Shown piece by piece: positions 62,940 through 64,000 of a stretch of DNA of 64,000 nucleotides (its first letter is position 1; the number at the start of each line of letters is the position of its first letter). Position numbers and translations under genes: made by a program. Source of the stretch: Nemertoderma westbladi (lineage: Eukaryota > Animalia > Xenacoelomorpha); assembly GCA_032718475.1 (NCBI GenBank), contig JAUCBJ010006157.1:1-64000 (forward strand), given 5' to 3'. The notes beneath the pieces are model-generated. The model ran no database searches. It was given only the letters and a program-made list of their open reading frames with translations, and was not told where the DNA came from.

Positions 62940-64000
62940 TTAGTCTTTCTTGCGCGGACGGCGTTTACGCAGTTTTTTAAAGCTAGCAAGAGTCTTTTTC
63001 TCTTTGGGGCGAGCCACTTTACAAGGAGGGCTATAACTCCTGGGTGAAGGGTGCAATATGATTGCATCAGAAGGTATGGGATTACGATCGGTATATCCGC
63101 CGGTCGAAGTGCCGGGTTGGTTGACTTCAACTTCGGTGGAGAGGGGTCTAACGACCTTTAGAGCACGTTTTAAGACGGCCGTTCTTACGGGTCCTTTAAG
63201 AGTGGTCTGAACGAGAGCCGTAGGTGGACCATAGGCAGTCAGAAACTTCCTTGGTTTAATGGTTCTTTCCAACTCGCGTTCGCGGGCTTGGTACTCGTAA
63301 GGCCGTCGATATACTTCCTGTAACTCGGGGTGCGAGTTGACAAATAAGTCTCCATAATCAGGGTCTTGACGGATAAAGTTTATTAAGTTGTAAGAATGGA
63401 TGTCACTAGGGTTAATGCTCCTGAGAAATTTGCGTACATATTTGGTTGAAATACATTCTCCGACGCGCTTCAGTAGTTCGTAACTTGATATACGTGATTT
63501 CTGCTCGACGGAGGCAAATAAATAAGGATGGAACGCATAAACTCCTTCGTAAGCGCGTCCAGGGTAATAGCGATGGCGTGAATCACAATGCAAATCAGCG
63601 TTCGCTTCCCAAGCTCTGATATAACGTAGTACAATCATTTCATCTACGCTCTCTAAATCATGATTAAAGGGACAATCAAAGCTGGTGTGTCCTTTTAATT
63701 GACAATGATGGCATTGAGTCATAAATTGGGGGCAGACAGCAAAAATGTGCAAATTATTAAGCCGGCAATATGCACAATAGATTTCCATCGACGGTTGCTC
63801 GTGGAAATAGGAACAGAGATCGTTTGTGTCCATAGACGTAATATGGTCTCTCGACGCGCACAGCCGACAACGTTGTCGAGAAACATAATTGGCATGGCGA
63901 TAATCATACGCAGTGAGACACTGTGGACCTTGATACCATTCCAAAATGTAATCGCTGTCGCTACTCCGAGGCGTGGGAGGCTGAATCTCTTCGGATTCTA
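62940..64000 (-). CDS. Intronless ORF with CCHC zinc knuckles and a basic C-terminus; 5' end lies outside the window; probably from a mobile element or virus
   Basis: The frame stays open from TTG 63,944 to the window edge (ESEEIQPPTPRSSDSDYILEW). CHHCQLKGHTSFDC is C-x2-C-x4-H-x4-C, with related motifs CAYCRLNNLHIFAVC and CRLCASRDH. Ends KKLRKRRPRKKD. Confidence 0.65.
   Translation of the reverse strand, partial: ESEEIQPPTPRSSDSDYILEWYQGPQCLTAYDYRHANYVSRQRCRLCASRDHITSMDTNDLCSYFHEQPSMEIYCAYCRLNNLHIFAVCPQFMTQCHHCQLKGHTSFDCPFNHDLESVDEMIVLRYIRAWEANADLHCDSRHRYYPGRAYEGVYAFHPYLFASVEQKSRISSYELLKRVGECISTKYVRKFLRSINPSDIHSYNLINFIRQDPDYGDLFVNSHPELQEVYRRPYEYQARERELERTIKPRKFLTAYGPPTALVQTTLKGPVRTAVLKRALKVVRPLSTEVEVNQPGTSTGGYTDRNPIPSDAIILHPSPRSYSPPCKVARPKEKKTLASFKKLRKRRPRKKD

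Overview
Animal (probably invertebrate) genomic DNA, not prokaryotic. Bases 1-54,890 hold the 3' portion of a CCDC180-like gene on the + strand. I assembled 22 exons by hand with consistent splice phases, giving about 1,159 aa up to the stop at 54,890. About 41 kb of its introns are ten unrelated tandem-repeat arrays with units of 21-68 bp. The main observation is that five arrays (68, 36, 36, 41 and 30 bp) begin exactly at an exon/intron junction, and their unit is a copy of the exon end plus the GT donor, so each intron carries about 20-250 tandem 5' splice sites. A sixth (45 bp) derives from donor-adjacent sequence but has lost the GT. No visible array starts at a 3' splice site. Downstream are a compact 4-exon chymotrypsin-like serine protease gene (55,871-57,178), a nested cluster of MITEs, a SINE and non-autonomous DNA elements, and an intronless zinc-knuckle ORF on the - strand that runs off the window end. 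The very long ORFs in the track are by-products of the repeats. All calls come from reading the sequence by eye; no searches were run, and copy numbers are approximate.
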